Shown: positions 1-12,844, counted from the first letter of the whole stretch. The stretch: 58,466 nt of DNA, filler included, from Squatina squatina (GCA_031763465.1; 3 parts of 3 records of this genome joined end to end with filler, not necessarily neighbours in it), one strand, 5' to 3'. Translations and numbers: made by a program. The notes: generated by a model from the sequence alone, not told the origin.

Positions 1-1409
1 CTCCAAAAAAGCATCCAAAAGATTATGCCTTAATTGCAGCACAATGAATGCCGGAATTCTGATTCTATCTGGTGCTAGATATCTTAACTCGCACAGTCAA
101 ATGTCATCAGTGCAAATAACCTTGGTAGTAGCTGCATCAATGAATCATTGTTGAGAAGCACATAAACTTGAAACAGCTGAACTACTTGTTCCTGAGACTA
201 ATCTAGCTCTACCTTTTGGAGCACTGCAGTTTGAATTGGGCGCCCTGGGTAGCTTTGTCACTAGTGTGATATTTTGACACTCCGCTTTGCCTGATGTGTA
301 ACATCTATTACATGGTAAGCTGAACTGGGGACTCCATTGAGTGCCTTGTGTTATTGGCTTGAGTCTAAGGAACAGGTAGAAATCAGTAATGAGGCCTTCA
401 CAGGCCCAATAAAGCGCACCTGCTGTTGTCTGATGTCGTCCAGGATGTTTCAGACCAAACCATTTTCCCCTGCAAATCTAAGATCAGGAAGGAAGTCAGA
501 CAGATTAAAATTCATGGAAGGGGGAGGGGATGGGAATTGCAAGTGTGTTTGATCTGAAAGGATGTGGCCTGGCCGTACTTTCCATCTCTTGTGTGATAAT
601 TATAGTTTGTATTTGGAAGGAAAATCGCAAGACGTCCTGTATTTAAATGTTTACTTGTAATTGAAGGACCTCAAATTCTGCCATATTGGAGTGTGCACTA
701 ATCGTTCCATTGTGATTTTTAGGAACTGAACCAGGTTCACTTAGTCCATATACCCATTTCTTCAAGAGCCTAACCCTTTTATTTAAGGAAGAAAACTTTG
801 GGCCGTTGGCCCCTTGTTTCCTCAATTTGTACAGGACATGTCAGTAACGGAGCTTCCTGAGCCGAGTTTGGTAGGGGCACCTGCTGCATTTAATACATTA
901 GAAATTAGTTTGGGCTCTGGGGGAAATTTAAACATTGTTCAATCACGTGTAGCTTTTCAGAAGATCATTTTCTCCAACCTGGAAATGATTTGTATTTTAT
1001 ATTTGTCTACAGACACAGCTGGGTACTTATTTTACTTGTACACACCTCAGTATGGCAGTTAACAAGTTCAAATATTTAGCCAGGAGAGAATAATTGAGTT
1101 AAGAAATCTAGACTAGTGATGGACTGGTAGGAATACTGCAACCACCAGGCCAGTGTTGAAAATGTTCAGGTCCAGGTATGGGTCCACTTTGTCCCAACTC
1201 CTATACCCAAATCCAGTTTTTTTTTCTACTGGACTTTGATGTTACCAGACCTGTGCTTTTAGGTGCTAAAATAAACACACATGGGTGAAATGATTACATT
1301 AACTGCTGGNNNNNNNNNNNNNNNNNNNNNNNNNNNNNNNNNNNNNNNNNNNNNNNNNNNNNNNNNNNNNNNNNNNNNNNNNNNNNNNNNNNNNNNNNNN
1401 NNNNNNNNN

Positions 1410-1490
1410 AGCCATGATCGTGTTGAATGGCGGTGCAGGCTCGAAGGGCCGAATAGCCTACTTCTGCACCTATTTTCTATGTTTCTGTTT
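1410..1490 (+). mobile_element. CR1 LINE 3' end
   Basis: agccatgatc..gaatggcggtgcaggctcgaagggccgaat..cctattttctatgtttct: CR1-type 3' tail seen many times in the window; begins at a gap. Confidence 0.8.
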
Positions 1491-1905
1491 CAGGATGGCT
1501 CAGAATCTCCCCCAGTATCTTTATTCTTTCAGACAAATACAATAACTGATGAAGTGTGTCCCATTTGACTTAAAACTTGAATTGATGCATCTGTGGACAT
1601 AAACAATTGTGGTGCAAGAGTTTAGCTAATATGCTCATCTCTGAATCTATTTTGCTCTAAAAATAAGACCAACGTTTCTTAATTATTTGTTAAACTTGGT
1701 TAAAAATGATAAAATTTCAAGTAAGCTTAATAATACTTTGAGAGCTGTTTAATATTTCAACTGAATAAAATAAACTTGATTCTTACTAAAATAGAATGGT
1801 GGTAATTTTGACTTTGTGCAGGTGATAGTGATTCAGCAGCCTGTTTTACATCTCTCCCAGGAATCAGGATCACACATTTTACACTATCGCACAAAGTCAA
1901 AATCT

Positions 1906-1988
1906 ACACCACACACATACAGACACACACACACACATACAGACACACACACCCAGACACACACACACATACAGACACACACACACAC
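1906..1988. repeat. Imperfect (CA)n microsatellite
   Basis: CA run interrupted by tacaga units. Confidence 0.95.
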
Positions 1989-2967
1989 GCGCCCTGCTGT
2001 TGGATCTGATTTCCAGCTGTGTCAGGTCATTAACGTTTAGTTTTAATGCAGGCTTTTGCCCGCAGCCTCCAATCTGTTATTAATGGATGGGTTGCTCATG
2101 TGGATTAGATACTGATTTTAGCAACTGCTTCTCAACATTTGTGATTAAGATACTGGCAAAAAGATTGAACACACTCTGCTTCTCCTGGCAATAGAAGGTT
2201 TTATTGTAAGCTCCTTTTATGTGTTCGCTCTCCCCTCCCATCCCTAACATCACATCTCAATAACACCTCGAGGCCAGAGACAGCAAGTTATGTGGCGCAC
2301 ATTGACAAATGCTGCCGGGTTTTCGCAATGCCTCGCTGTCTTGGTATGGAGACCAAGCTGCTGCTTGTTATGTGATGATCATTCTTGCAGTACAATCGGC
2401 TCCATGTCAGAGGCATTTGATGAGTTCACATTTAAAGAGAAGGAGAAAGCTCTTCTATTGTCTATGCATTCTGTCAAAATGAAACCCTCGATCTTCCCAT
2501 TGATTTACATGTTAATTGAATGAAATCTAGACATTGCTGTTGGTGAGATAATGTTAGCTGTGAGTTATTAAACGTCTCTGGGAGGATTTACTCCTGCTCG
2601 TTAGCACACCATTTTTTGCTGTTTTCAATCTATCGACTAAAATCTGGACCTTATCCCCAACAGTGAGCCAGGCAATGGAAAATGGAAGATTACATACTTT
2701 GCTGATTGTAAAGCATTGCTATTCAGCATGTTCATTGCAGCTGTCAAAATGGTGAGTTCAGCTTCTATTAGCTGTGTGAGTTACACTTTAATATAATTAC
2801 CATAAGATGCAGGTGCAGCTTCGTGAGGCAAAGCAGATAAGTACCAAATATGTGTAAATTTCCTGCCNNNNNNNNNNNNNNNNNNNNNNNNNNNNNNNNN
2901 NNNNNNNNNNNNNNNNNNNNNNNNNNNNNNNNNNNNNNNNNNNNNNNNNNNNNNNNNNNNNNNNNNN

Positions 2968-3075
2968 GCTGCTAATGATGGAGCGATGAAAATTGGCGAT
3001 GAGCAAGAGGCCAGAACTGGATGGGCGCAGAGATCTCAGGGGGCTGTAGGGCCAGAGGAGATTACAGAGGTAGCT
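2968..3075 (-). mobile_element. L2 LINE 3' fragment
   Basis: Minus strand reads YLCNLLWPYSPLRSLRPSSSGLL and matches the L2 copy at 10270-10380. A further degenerate piece lies at ~5760-5915. Confidence 0.7.
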
Positions 3076-4789
3076 CAGCCCTGAAATCTCCATTTCTATC
3101 AGCACCAACAATCACAGCACTTAAGAAATAAAAACCTGCTCCTGCGTTGGTCAATCATTCAGCTGCTACCATCTATCTTCTTGGTGAAGGCATGCGTTGC
3201 ATGATGTGTTGTGTGTGGAAAAAGAAGGGATGACGGGGATTATTAAGTACTTTGTTGTACCTGATTAAGCCTTGGCAGGGAGCATAAATAAGATTATGCT
3301 ATATGATGCATTACTGAACTTTGAATTGGAGAATGGATGAGAGTGTCTGATGCAGAATGGGACTCCCTGCTGCTCAGCAGAGCTGGGGAACTTTAAGCTC
3401 AGCAGGCAGGCCACTGAAGATGAATGGAATATTTCAAGCAGAAGATGTAATACTATCATTCTGGAGATGGAGAGTAATGAGGTATTGCATAGTAATAGTG
3501 TTCCATCAATAATTTAATGGAAAACATTTGGTTAAACAGCACAGCAAATGGAGTATCTGCTCTGTAACTTCAAAGATTAACTCTGAGCAAGGTAACTCAC
3601 CACAGGATCAATCGGACCAGTTGGTGGGTAATTGGGGGCAGCTCACCTCACTAATTGCAGCCCTTATGACACACGCACACACCCCACNNNNNNNNNNNNN
3701 NNNNNNNNNNNNNNNNNNNNNNNNNNNNNNNNNNNNNNNNNNNNNNNNNNNNNNNNNNNNNNNNNNNNNNNNNNNNNNNNNNNNNNNCTGAACCGTGGCT
3801 GATACCTGACACAGTGGGTAGGTTTTCATCTTTCTGGCCTGTGCAGAGGGCAGGGAGGAGAGGGGAAGGTTTCAGCTCCATAACAGAACCTACCAGACTT
3901 TTCTTCCATTAGAATTAAGGGGGAAAAATATCAGGTGGATTCTGTAGCCTAACCACTAGGTTATCGGGGCCAGTTGTATTTTTGTGTTTCTCTCTTTTCC
4001 AATTACTGAGCTGCACGTAATTGGAGCTGGTGGACCATTTTGTATCTCACTCTGTGATTTTGCTGCGTGCTGAACTTGATAGTATTATATGTTTATACAG
4101 GTGATTAGTTTCTTTTTGTAGTTTGTAGTTCAATATGAAATAAATAACATTTTAATCCTGGGGGGAGATAATACCCTGTAAATCTTTCTTTCATAAAACA
4201 CACAAACAGCTCAGGAGAAACGTGTGCCCAGCATAGCAGAGCAAAGTACAGCTTCATCAGAAACTATTAATCGATACAGAGAGCAGCTCCTCATGAGCTT
4301 TACAGAAAACAACACACAGAGCTCACATCGCCAGTCTGGTCTACAAGCACATCCATATTCTAAACACATACAAGTACTAGGCAGACAAAGTACAGACAGG
4401 GAACACTCCCTGTGGCCTGGTGGTTCCTCCATTGCTAGTGTTCAGATGCTAGCAGTTTAACAGTGTATTCTGCATTCAGACAGAACCTCTAGCTAGGTTT
4501 GATTTCTGTGGAGCACATGGCTAGCTTGAAAGCTTGGGGGGAGCATTTTGTTACCCTCATACAATGCTAGTAACAATGCAACCCGCAGGTCACTAACATC
4601 AAGCATTTCCCCTTCACCAGATCTGCTCGTCTGCATGGAAATGCTTCATCTCCAGTTGGCAACTGCCCATCAAAATCTCACAGGCATCCCAACGCTCCAG
4701 TCCATACATAGAAAGAAAGAACTTGCATAAATGTAGCAGCTCATCATGTCCTCAATTCATCCCAAAGCACTTTAGATCCAGTAAATTAC

Positions 4790-5029
4790 ATTCAAATGCA
4801 GAGAAGTTATGTTAAACTTATATAGAACCTTCTGATCTCCATATTGCAATAAGCACAGAGAAGGACTGGAGAAAGAGCAAAAAAGATTTAGAAGAATGAT
4901 ACCAGAATTGAGAGGGGATAACTAACACAAAAGATTTTGTTTCTTTTTATTCGTTCCTGGGATGTGGGCGTCGCTGGCAGGGCCAGCATTTATTGCCCAT
5001 CCCTAGTTGCCCTCGAGAAGGTGGTGATG
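4790..5029. mobile_element. Degenerate CR1 ORF2 fragment (+, ~4790-4935) followed by the 3' tail of the second SINE/LINE family (-, ~4945-5029)
   Basis: actggagaaagagcaaaaaagatttagaagaatgataccag is LE..Q.RF.RMIP-like. ttcctgggatgtgggcgtcgctggcagggccagcatttattgccc is the reverse complement of the tail at 22415-22465. Confidence 0.7.
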
Positions 5030-5319
5030 NNNNNNNNNNNNNNNNNNNNNNNNNNNNNNNNNNNNNNNNNNNNNNNNNNNNNNNNNNNNNNNNNNNNNNN
5101 NNNNNNNNNNNNNNNNNNNNNNNNNNNNNCTGCCCAGATTCAATTAAAGCATAGCGCAGTATTAAATTACCAGCTTGACACATGCACTGAGTTCTCTTTT
5201 TACAGAAATTGTCAGGGGAATCACATCAGGCATTCCAACTTGTCTAATATAAATCTATCTGCTGCTTTCAGAAGATCCATAGGCCAGGCTAGCTTCATGG
5301 AAGAGTTTGCATTCTAAAA

Positions 5320-5735
5320 TGGCCCCAGTTTTAACTCTGGGCTTAAGTATAGGGTCTGGAGCATGTGGGAAGTGCCAGCACGGGGCTCGGGCCATTTTAT
5401 CTCTATGCGCTCATTGCCATGTTGCAGCATGGAATTCCACCTGAACCTGACAGGAATGACCAAGATGCGGAGGTTGGCGGTCGGGAATGGGAATTAGCAT
5501 AGTGTGAGGTTGGTGCCAGGGACCCAAGGTCTCTGGCACTGAGGCAAGTGTTTGACCAGATGGTCTGGAGGCGATCACAGTCGGGGGAGGCAGAGAGAAG
5601 CCTGAGGCAGAGCAGGCCCATAGTTTCCTTGTGGGGCCCGAAGGAGCAATTCTACTTCACCTGGCCCACAAGGAAACCTGAAATCCTGCCTTCCATCGAG
5701 TCTGACTGATGTCGTGATCGGCAGTTAAAACCGTA
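5320..5735. mobile_element. Putative non-autonomous DNA transposon (MITE-like)
   Basis: Ends ccagttttaact / agttaaaaccg are inverted. The internal gaaggagcaattctacttcacctggcccacaaggaaa is similar to 53047-53085. Confidence 0.45.
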
Positions 5736-6462
5736 TCAGGGTGCAGATGGCATTATCAGAGTAGAGCGATAGGAGATGCGCAAGAGACCAGAATTGGAGA
5801 AGTGCAGATATCTCACAGAATTGTGGGGCTGGAGGAGGTTATTGAGATAAGGAAGTGTAATGCCATGGAGGGATTTGAAACAAGGATAAGAATTTTAAAA
5901 TCAAGACGTCGCTGGACCGTATCATGCAACTTAATGTTGGCAGGTTGCTCTGTATCTGGCACGAGCACAGCTCTCAAGGCAGTCTCGGTGTGATGAGGTC
6001 ACAGGCCTCCTGAATGCGTGATGAGGTGTCTAATATTAAGAGTGCCCGTATATTACTTTAATGCTGTGATTTGCAGGGGATTATGATTTAAGAGTCTCTG
6101 AAGAGAAGTCCAGGGATAGGAGTTAAGTGCATTACTTTATATAATGACCTGATAAATGTATCTATTTACATAATTACTGATGGATGGGATGTCAAGTGGC
6201 TTTTTGTTATCTTAGCAACGCTTCGCCTCCCTGGGCCTGAGTCATAGGCCTGGAAAGGTCAGCTGGGGGAGGGACAGCAGTAATGTATGATTGGCAAGAA
6301 ATCCCACCATGTAAATCTAATGTTTTTTCCATCCTCCTCTTCTTTATCTCCTCTCTCTCTCTCTTTCTCACTCTGTTTGTTTCTGGCTAACAAATGGACA
6401 ATCATGCACTTTTGATGCCTGGGTGTCAATCAGATATATTAAACTGCCTCAATTGACCTTAC

Positions 6463-6786
6463 ACATAGAAACATAGAAAATAGGTGCAGGAGTAGGCCAT
6501 TCGGCCCTTCGAGCCTGCACCGCCATTCAACACGATCNNNNNNNNNNNNNNNNNNNNNNNNNNNNNNNNNNNNNNNNNNNNNNNNNNNNNNNNNNNNNNN
6601 NNNNNNNNNNNNNNNNNNNNNNNNNNNNNNNNNNNNNGATGGATTTCTAGATATTAACGGCATCAAGGAATTTGGGGATAGTGCAGGAAAATGGCATTGA
6701 GGTAGAAGATCAGCCAGGATCTTGTTCAATGGCGGAGCAGGCTCGAGGGGCCGAATGGCCTTCTCCTGCTCCTACTTCTTATGTTC
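6463..6786. mobile_element. Two CR1 3' ends flanking a gap (6463-6537 minus; 6638-6786 plus)
   Basis: Both carry the gaatggcgg.gcaggctcga.gggccgaatggcct tail, in opposite orientations. Confidence 0.8.
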
Positions 6787-7184
6787 CAGCCACAGATCAC
6801 CACAGCACGCTTCTGCTGAGGCAGCGGAACAAGTGGCTGTACTGAAACTGTATTCAAGTGGTCCCACCTCCCATTGACATTAGTGAAGGCTCAGCCCGGA
6901 GTTTTCTAAGTGAGACAAACAGTTGCAGCTCGCCATGTATTACTCTTTGGTGCTGCATAATAAGCAGCATCTCTTTAGGGAGATGGGGAGATGTGTAGTT
7001 GATGAATACTCCAGCACAACAGCCAAGTAGCTCAATTAGCGTGGGGCAGGCATTCCTTCCACGTACATCTTAAACTAAATAATTAAAGGGAATAGTTGCA
7101 GTTGAGGCAGGCGGCAGCACCACACATGTAATGTTTCTCTTCAAACCTCCAACTATCCAGAAAGAGAAGACCAGCAATAACAAT

Positions 7185-7352
7185 TCAAGTACGCTTGAGG
7201 CGTCTGTGACTGACGGGCACCACAGGGACTGGGGCGTATATTGGACATGACCAGCAACACTAATATTTAAGTTTATAAGTTTCCTTTGTTAGTGTTTATT
7301 TCTTTATTAGTTGTGCCCCTCTAAAAAGGGGGTGCTTTTGTTTGTTTTTTGT
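7185..7352 (+). mobile_element. Possible Tx1/L1-clade LINE 3' end
   Basis: gcaccacagggactggggcgtatattggac reads APQGLGRILD then a stop and a T-rich tail, resembling the WAPQG-type C-terminus I recall for fish Tx1 ORF2. Confidence 0.4.
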
Positions 7353-7803
7353 CAGATGACAATGGGACAACCCAATGTCTTTTTATTGGTTTAATTAGTA
7401 AAGGCATTAACCATTGAACAGAGGCACCTGAGACTTAGATGGACTGTACTCTCTGCTTCATCCTAACCCCTTGCATTCAACTAGATGCCCATTCGACTCA
7501 GCGGNNNNNNNNNNNNNNNNNNNNNNNNNNNNNNNNNNNNNNNNNNNNNNNNNNNNNNNNNNNNNNNNNNNNNNNNNNNNNNNNNNNNNNNNNNNNNNNN
7601 NNNNGGCCCCAGCTGGAGGTAATGTTTCCAATTCTGGGCAGCACATTTTAGGAAGGACCTGAAGGCTTTGGAGAGGGTACAGAAGAGATTTACTAGAATG
7701 GTTCCAGGGATGAAGAAATACAGTTATGTGGATAGACTGGAGAAGCTGGGCTTGAAGGGGAGATTTAATAGAGGTGTTCAGATAGAGTAAATTTCGAGAA
7801 ACT

Positions 7804-8931
7804 GGGTCCAAAATTCCCTAATGCATTAAGCAAAATGTTTGCGCCTCAGTAGTGCCGGCGCTACCACATTGAAAAATTCGGCAATTTTTGATGGGAGGCG
7901 AGATCAGGAGGCACAACATACTGACTTTAGGCACAAGGAGGTGAGAGTCCCCGCAGGTCCTGTAGGCGAGGCGCTAACCCACCTTTGCCATTGCTCCAAC
8001 TCAGGTAAGTGAAAGGTATGTAGTTGGCCAGAACCTCTGTCAACATTGACACACTGTTGGACCAGGGATCGGAGAGGATCGTCGAGGGAAGAAGAGGGCG
8101 CATCGTTCAAGGAGCTCGGAGGCCACTTGGAATCCAGACGGAAGAGGTCATCGGATAGGTTGGTGACTGTTCCTTGGACCTGGGCAGTGGCTGTTCTTTG
8201 GACCTGGTCAGTCGCTGTTCCTTAGACCTGGTCAGTCGCTGTTTCTTGGACCTGGTCAGTCGCTGTTCCTTGGACCTGGACAGTGGCTGTTACCTTGTCC
8301 TGGCCAGTAGTTGTTCTANNNNNNNNNNTGGGGATGCCTGCCCCTTGTAATGTGCGGTCAGCTGTGTGTCTGCCTTTGCCCCTGCATTGACCGTCTCCTC
8401 CTGATCAGGGACTCCCCCAGGCCCATCAGAAGAAGATGGTCGATCGCCGGCCACCATTTTGATGGGTCAAATAGTGGGACAACTGAGAAGCCATTGGAGG
8501 GATTACATCAGATCAGGTCATTGGAGAGGATGTTGTGAAGAACCGTCAGGCGGCAGATCGCCCTCCGAGAAGTTCCTCTCCACCCGCTGGGGGTAACAGC
8601 TCTATTCGCTTTGTGTTGCGCTTCCACCAAGATGGTGGCCGGACCCATCAGAGAAGTGTAGCGCCAACTTTTCTACGCGTTGCAATTGAGAGGACTCTTT
8701 AGGCAATAAGTTTGGGGAAGTTTGCTACCGGCCGCCAGCAAGGCGTTGTGCGCAATGATGACATCATCGGAGGTGCAAACATGATCTCGCCTGGCCGTGG
8801 AGGCACAAAACTTTAGCACCTAAAGGTCTTGACTAGCGAATTTTACTCAAGGTGCTAAACGTCAAGTTAACGTCTTAAGAATGTTTAGCGGCCTGTAAAT
8901 GCCTTAAGTAGGTGCGAACCAAATTTTCTAC
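7804..8931. mobile_element. CpG-rich element nested in CR1, possibly Harbinger-derived and non-autonomous
   Basis: Interrupts a continuous CR1 sequence. Ends gggtccaaaattcc / ccaaattttctac loosely resemble the gg..agaaatt termini at 21897, 23763 and 40822. Subterminal gcgcc/tagcg motifs. Confidence 0.5.
8167..8318. repeat. 24-bp minisatellite, at least 6 copies
   Basis: Unit ctgttccttggacctggtcagtcg starts at 8167, 8191, 8215, 8239, 8263 and 8287; truncated by a 10-N gap. Confidence 0.95.
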
Positions 8932-9234
8932 AGAGGCAAATTTGTTCCAATGGCTGAAGGGTTGATAACGAGAGGGCACAGATTTAAGGTGATTGTCAAA
9001 AGAACCAGTGGCGACATGAGGAAGATCTTTTTTATGTAACGAATGGTTAGGATAGGGTGGTGGATTTGTAGGATTGCAGGAATATTGGGGAAGAACAGGG
9101 GAGTGGGACTAGCTGGATTGCTGCTCAAAAGAGCNNNNNNNNNNNNNNNNNNNNNNNNNNNNNNNNNNNNNNNNNNNNNNNNNNNNNNNNNNNNNNNNNN
9201 NNNNNNNNNNNNNNNNNNNNNNNNNNNNNNNNNN

Positions 9235-9442
9235 GAGGTTCCTGGCCAATATTTATCCCTCAACCAACAAATTATTTGGTCTTTTTCATGTTGCTGTTTG
9301 TGGAGCCTTGCTGTGTGCAAATTATCTGCTGCATTTCCGACATTACCACAGTGACTTCAATTCAGAAGTACTTCATTGGCTGTAAAGCACTTTACGATGT
9401 CTGGAGATCGCGAAAGATGTGACATGATTGAAAGTCTTTTTA
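9235..9442 (+). mobile_element. Deu-domain SINE (SacSINE1-like), 3' half
   Basis: cctggccaatatttatccctcaacca..ttgctgtttgtgg.agc.ttgctgtgtgcaaatt..aagtacttcattggctgtaaagcactt. Further partial copies at ~4715-4790(-), 13405-13525(-), 14388-14487(+), 18877-18985(-), 24828-25060(+) and 52150-52230(+ head). Confidence 0.8.
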
Positions 9443-10027
9443 ACTGCAGGAGAGGTGTCAGTCACCTTAGTCAAACTGCTTTGCCAGTGAATGCCAGTGG
9501 ATATGTGAGTGGCATGAGTCTGCCCGTTTTACTAGTTCACTGAGCACCTTGAAAAAATATTTCAGTGCTTCAGTGACCCTGTACATGGAAGAGTCTCTCA
9601 TACCTTAATCTGCAATGTCTCAAAATCTCAAATCAATACCTTTTGTCTTTGAGGCCCCATCTTTTATAATTGAATAAGACCTTTTAGACATCTAATGTAT
9701 TGCCTATTTGAAGCTTCATTGACTATCAGTAGCAAACAGTAGCATTCCGCAACACATCAATATACACGGATCATTCCACTCTTTAATGAGCTTCCAATTT
9801 AAGAGCCATCGCGTAGCTGCTTCAGGCTACCAATATCTTCATTTCTGCTTTATGTGAGGAAAAAGAGTCAAGCTCCAATTACTGTCCATCCATTAACTGT
9901 TTAAACATATTCTAACCTTTTGAGTTCNNNNNNNNNNNNNNNNNNNNNNNNNNNNNNNNNNNNNNNNNNNNNNNNNNNNNNNNNNNNNNNNNNNNNNNNN
10001 NNNNNNNNNNNNNNNNNNNNNNNNNNN

Positions 10028-10580
10028 TCATCATACCTTCGCTATCTCTAGACTTGACTATTCCAATGCACTCCTGGCTGGCCTCTCACTTTCTACACTT
10101 GGTAAACTTGAGGTCATCCAAATTTCTGCTGCTCATGTCCTAAATCGCACCAAGTTCCACTCACCCATCACCCCATGCTCACTGACCTACACTGGCTCCT
10201 GGTTAAGCAACGGCTCGATTTCTAAAATTCTCGTCCTTGTTTTCAAATCCATCCATGGCACCATCCTTCCCTATCTTTGCAACCTCTTCCAGCCCTACAA
10301 CTCTCCAAGATATCTGCGCCCCTCCAATTATGGCCTTTTGAGTTGCCCCAATTTTAATTGCTCAACCATTCATGGCCGTGCAAGGCCCTAAGCTCTGGAA
10401 TTCCCTCTCTAAACCTCTCTACCTCTCTTTCCTCCTTTAAGACATTCCGTAAAACCTATCTCTTCCCTGTCCTAATATCTCCTTAGGTGGCACAACATCA
10501 AATTTTGTTGCTAATGCTGTTGTGAAGCGCCTTGGGCTGTTTTACGATGTTAAAGGCGCTATATAAAGGCAAGTTTTTGT
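10028..10580 (+). mobile_element. L2 LINE ORF2 C-terminus and 3' tail
   Basis: HTFAISRLDYSNALLAGL..IQISAA..HITPML.DLHWL motifs, typical of L2 ORF2. Tail gtgaagcgccttggg..aaaggcgctatataaa. Another L2 remnant at ~28850-29035. Confidence 0.85.
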
Positions 10581-12685
10581 GAAGGAAAATGCACCAGTGC
10601 CATAAGCATATGATGTACCTTACACAATCGAGCTGAACTCCATCATGGGCTTTAACATTCACTTTCTATCACACTCATTCCCAACATTGATGAACACATG
10701 AAAAGTGGTAAAGTGTGTTCTCCTTATTCAGCTTTCCGACAGAGTGTCTCACAGCGTCACTTCAGTTCGATGGGAGGAGGGGTTGACTAAAAGGTTCTCT
10801 TCAAAGGACTTTTCATCTGTGCCCAAACATAGTAGTTGAGTGATCTTGTTATTGAAGGAAGTCCCCTGGAGGCTTCAGACTACAAGTAAAAACACAGTTG
10901 GTTTGAGCCACACAATTAAGATGCAGTAAGTAGATATATTGAGGTTGGCATGCTCAATGAAGGATGAGAGGCCACATCCATTTATATAAGTGGAGTGGTA
11001 CTTTGGGATACAACTTGAACTGAAATAGGATCAGAAGAATCAATGAAGGAGGTGTGAAGAGAAGAGTTTTGGGATTCGGAAATGTTAAAAAAGAGCACGA
11101 CTAAGTCACCGTTGGACTGCGTATACAATGTGTCCTCTCTGTCGACCGACAGCAAACTTTCTCAGTGCACTTAGGATCTTAAGATTCAAAGTTTTACTTG
11201 AGTGCATTCTCCAGCAGCTGATCCATTATCACCTGTGTTACACTATCATTNNNNNNNNNNNNNNNNNNNNNNNNNNNNNNNNNNNNNNNNNNNNNNNNNN
11301 NNNNNNNNNNNNNNNNNNNNNNNNNNNNNNNNNNNNNNNNNNNNNNNNNNCAGAATAAAGAAGCAGAAATGTACATTAATACAACATAAAGTCAGCTCAC
11401 TCATACACAGAATGAATATATGCAAGTGTATTAATTACTGTACGAAGCAGTCTGGTGCTTGTGGGTGTAAGTGAGTTGCTGCTGCAGGCTGTAGCATTTG
11501 TCCAGCTGTATAATGACCTCATTGTCATCAGGCTATGTAGCTGAGTGCAATAGGAATTTCCAATTTACCTCCTGACTTGGGTGAATAATATTCTGAGAGC
11601 CTGAGTCTAATCCCTTAGGAGTGATGGGATGAGAGGAATATTTGTATGCAAGGGATGTTTTGTTTAATACATTTCCTCAAGATGCCATTTTGTTCTTTAC
11701 AAACATTGTCAACATACTTAAAATAATTATAAACAGTAGAATATTATCACTGAAAGAGAATAAGCCCTCTATTTACTCAGCTGTGTTGTAAATGTATTTT
11801 CTGCTCTCCCTTCCATCCCAGGCTAATGTCTGTTTAGAGAGATCCCGAGGATTTTCTGGTTTTAACTTGCAACACCTGCTTCCCTACGGTTGTAAATTAG
11901 CTGCTAACACAATTTTTATGGCTCAGAATTGTTTGTAGCATCCATTCCACATTCAACTGCGGTTGAGGGAGCTTTGCTCGAAATTTAATTAAGTGGCAGA
12001 AACTCACTGACAAATTACAGGTCTGCTCCATTGCTATTCTAGGCAGAACATCACTGGAACTGTGCTAATAGCACTGGGACGTTTCCTATTCAGGCTGTGG
12101 TACTTGACCGAACCTGGCCCCCTTTGCTGTGCCTTTTTTCTCAGCTCCTAATGGTCTGCACAGAGCAGATTTCAAAATTGATTAACAGTCATCAATCCTC
12201 ATTAACATACATGAGCTTTCTCGCAAAGCTGCTTATATTTATTTAGAGAAATGATTGCGGGCAGATGAGCTTTCAGCTCAGCCTGGAAGGAATGATGGGA
12301 GCTGCCAAGCTTATTTTCAGCAGTCTCGCCATGTACTATGCATCTATCCAAGTGGGAAAAAATTGGACTCTTTTATATAAAAAAAAAGTGTCAAGCACAC
12401 TGCTGGGTGTTAGACGAGCCAGGAGAACAGGGTACTGAGCTAAAACCAAATCTCAGCGTACAGCTGCAAGCAGAAGCTCAACATTTCTGAGATGCTGTTT
12501 GCTTAACAGGTGTGAAAGGACAGGGGCAGGGCGAATTAGAAAGTGGGTCTGTGTTTTCTCTCCCCGTCCCATTTTTACCACCCAGCCCCTCTCCAGCCAG
12601 ACACTGACTCTCACTGTGGTACAGTTCGATCTGCAACAGTTTCCCTCCTGTGGGCCACCCCAATGGAATTTGTCATGCACAAGCT

Positions 12686-12844
12686 TGAATAGTAAAGGGG
12701 TAATTTTAACTTAACACCTAACCTGGTCCAGGTTAGCCTGGATAGTAAAGGGGTAATTTTAACTTAACACCTAACCTGGTCTGAGTCAGCCTGAATAGTA
12801 AGGGGGTAATTTTAACCTGACACCTAACCTGGTCTGGGTCAGCT
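12686..12844. repeat. 53-bp tandem repeat, 3 copies
   Basis: tgaatagtaaaggggtaattttaacttaacacctaacctggtc... starts at 12686, 12739 and 12792. Confidence 0.95.

Larger units (their letters stand above)
7605..9134 (+). mobile_element. CR1 LINE 3' portion split by a ~1.1 kb insertion (CR1 parts 7605-7803 and ~8932-9134)
   Basis: ggccccagctggag..ccaattctggg..ttggagagggtacagaagagatttactagaatggttccagg (RPQLE..QFW..LERVQKRFTRMVPG). It resumes after the insert with ttgttccaatggctgaaggg..agagggcacagatttaagg. Confidence 0.8.

Noticed and set aside
8167-8318. Regular 24-bp repeats as a CRISPR array
   Set aside because: Head-to-tail tandem units with no unique spacers, no cas genes, vertebrate context. 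The same applies to the 53-bp and 37-bp repeats.
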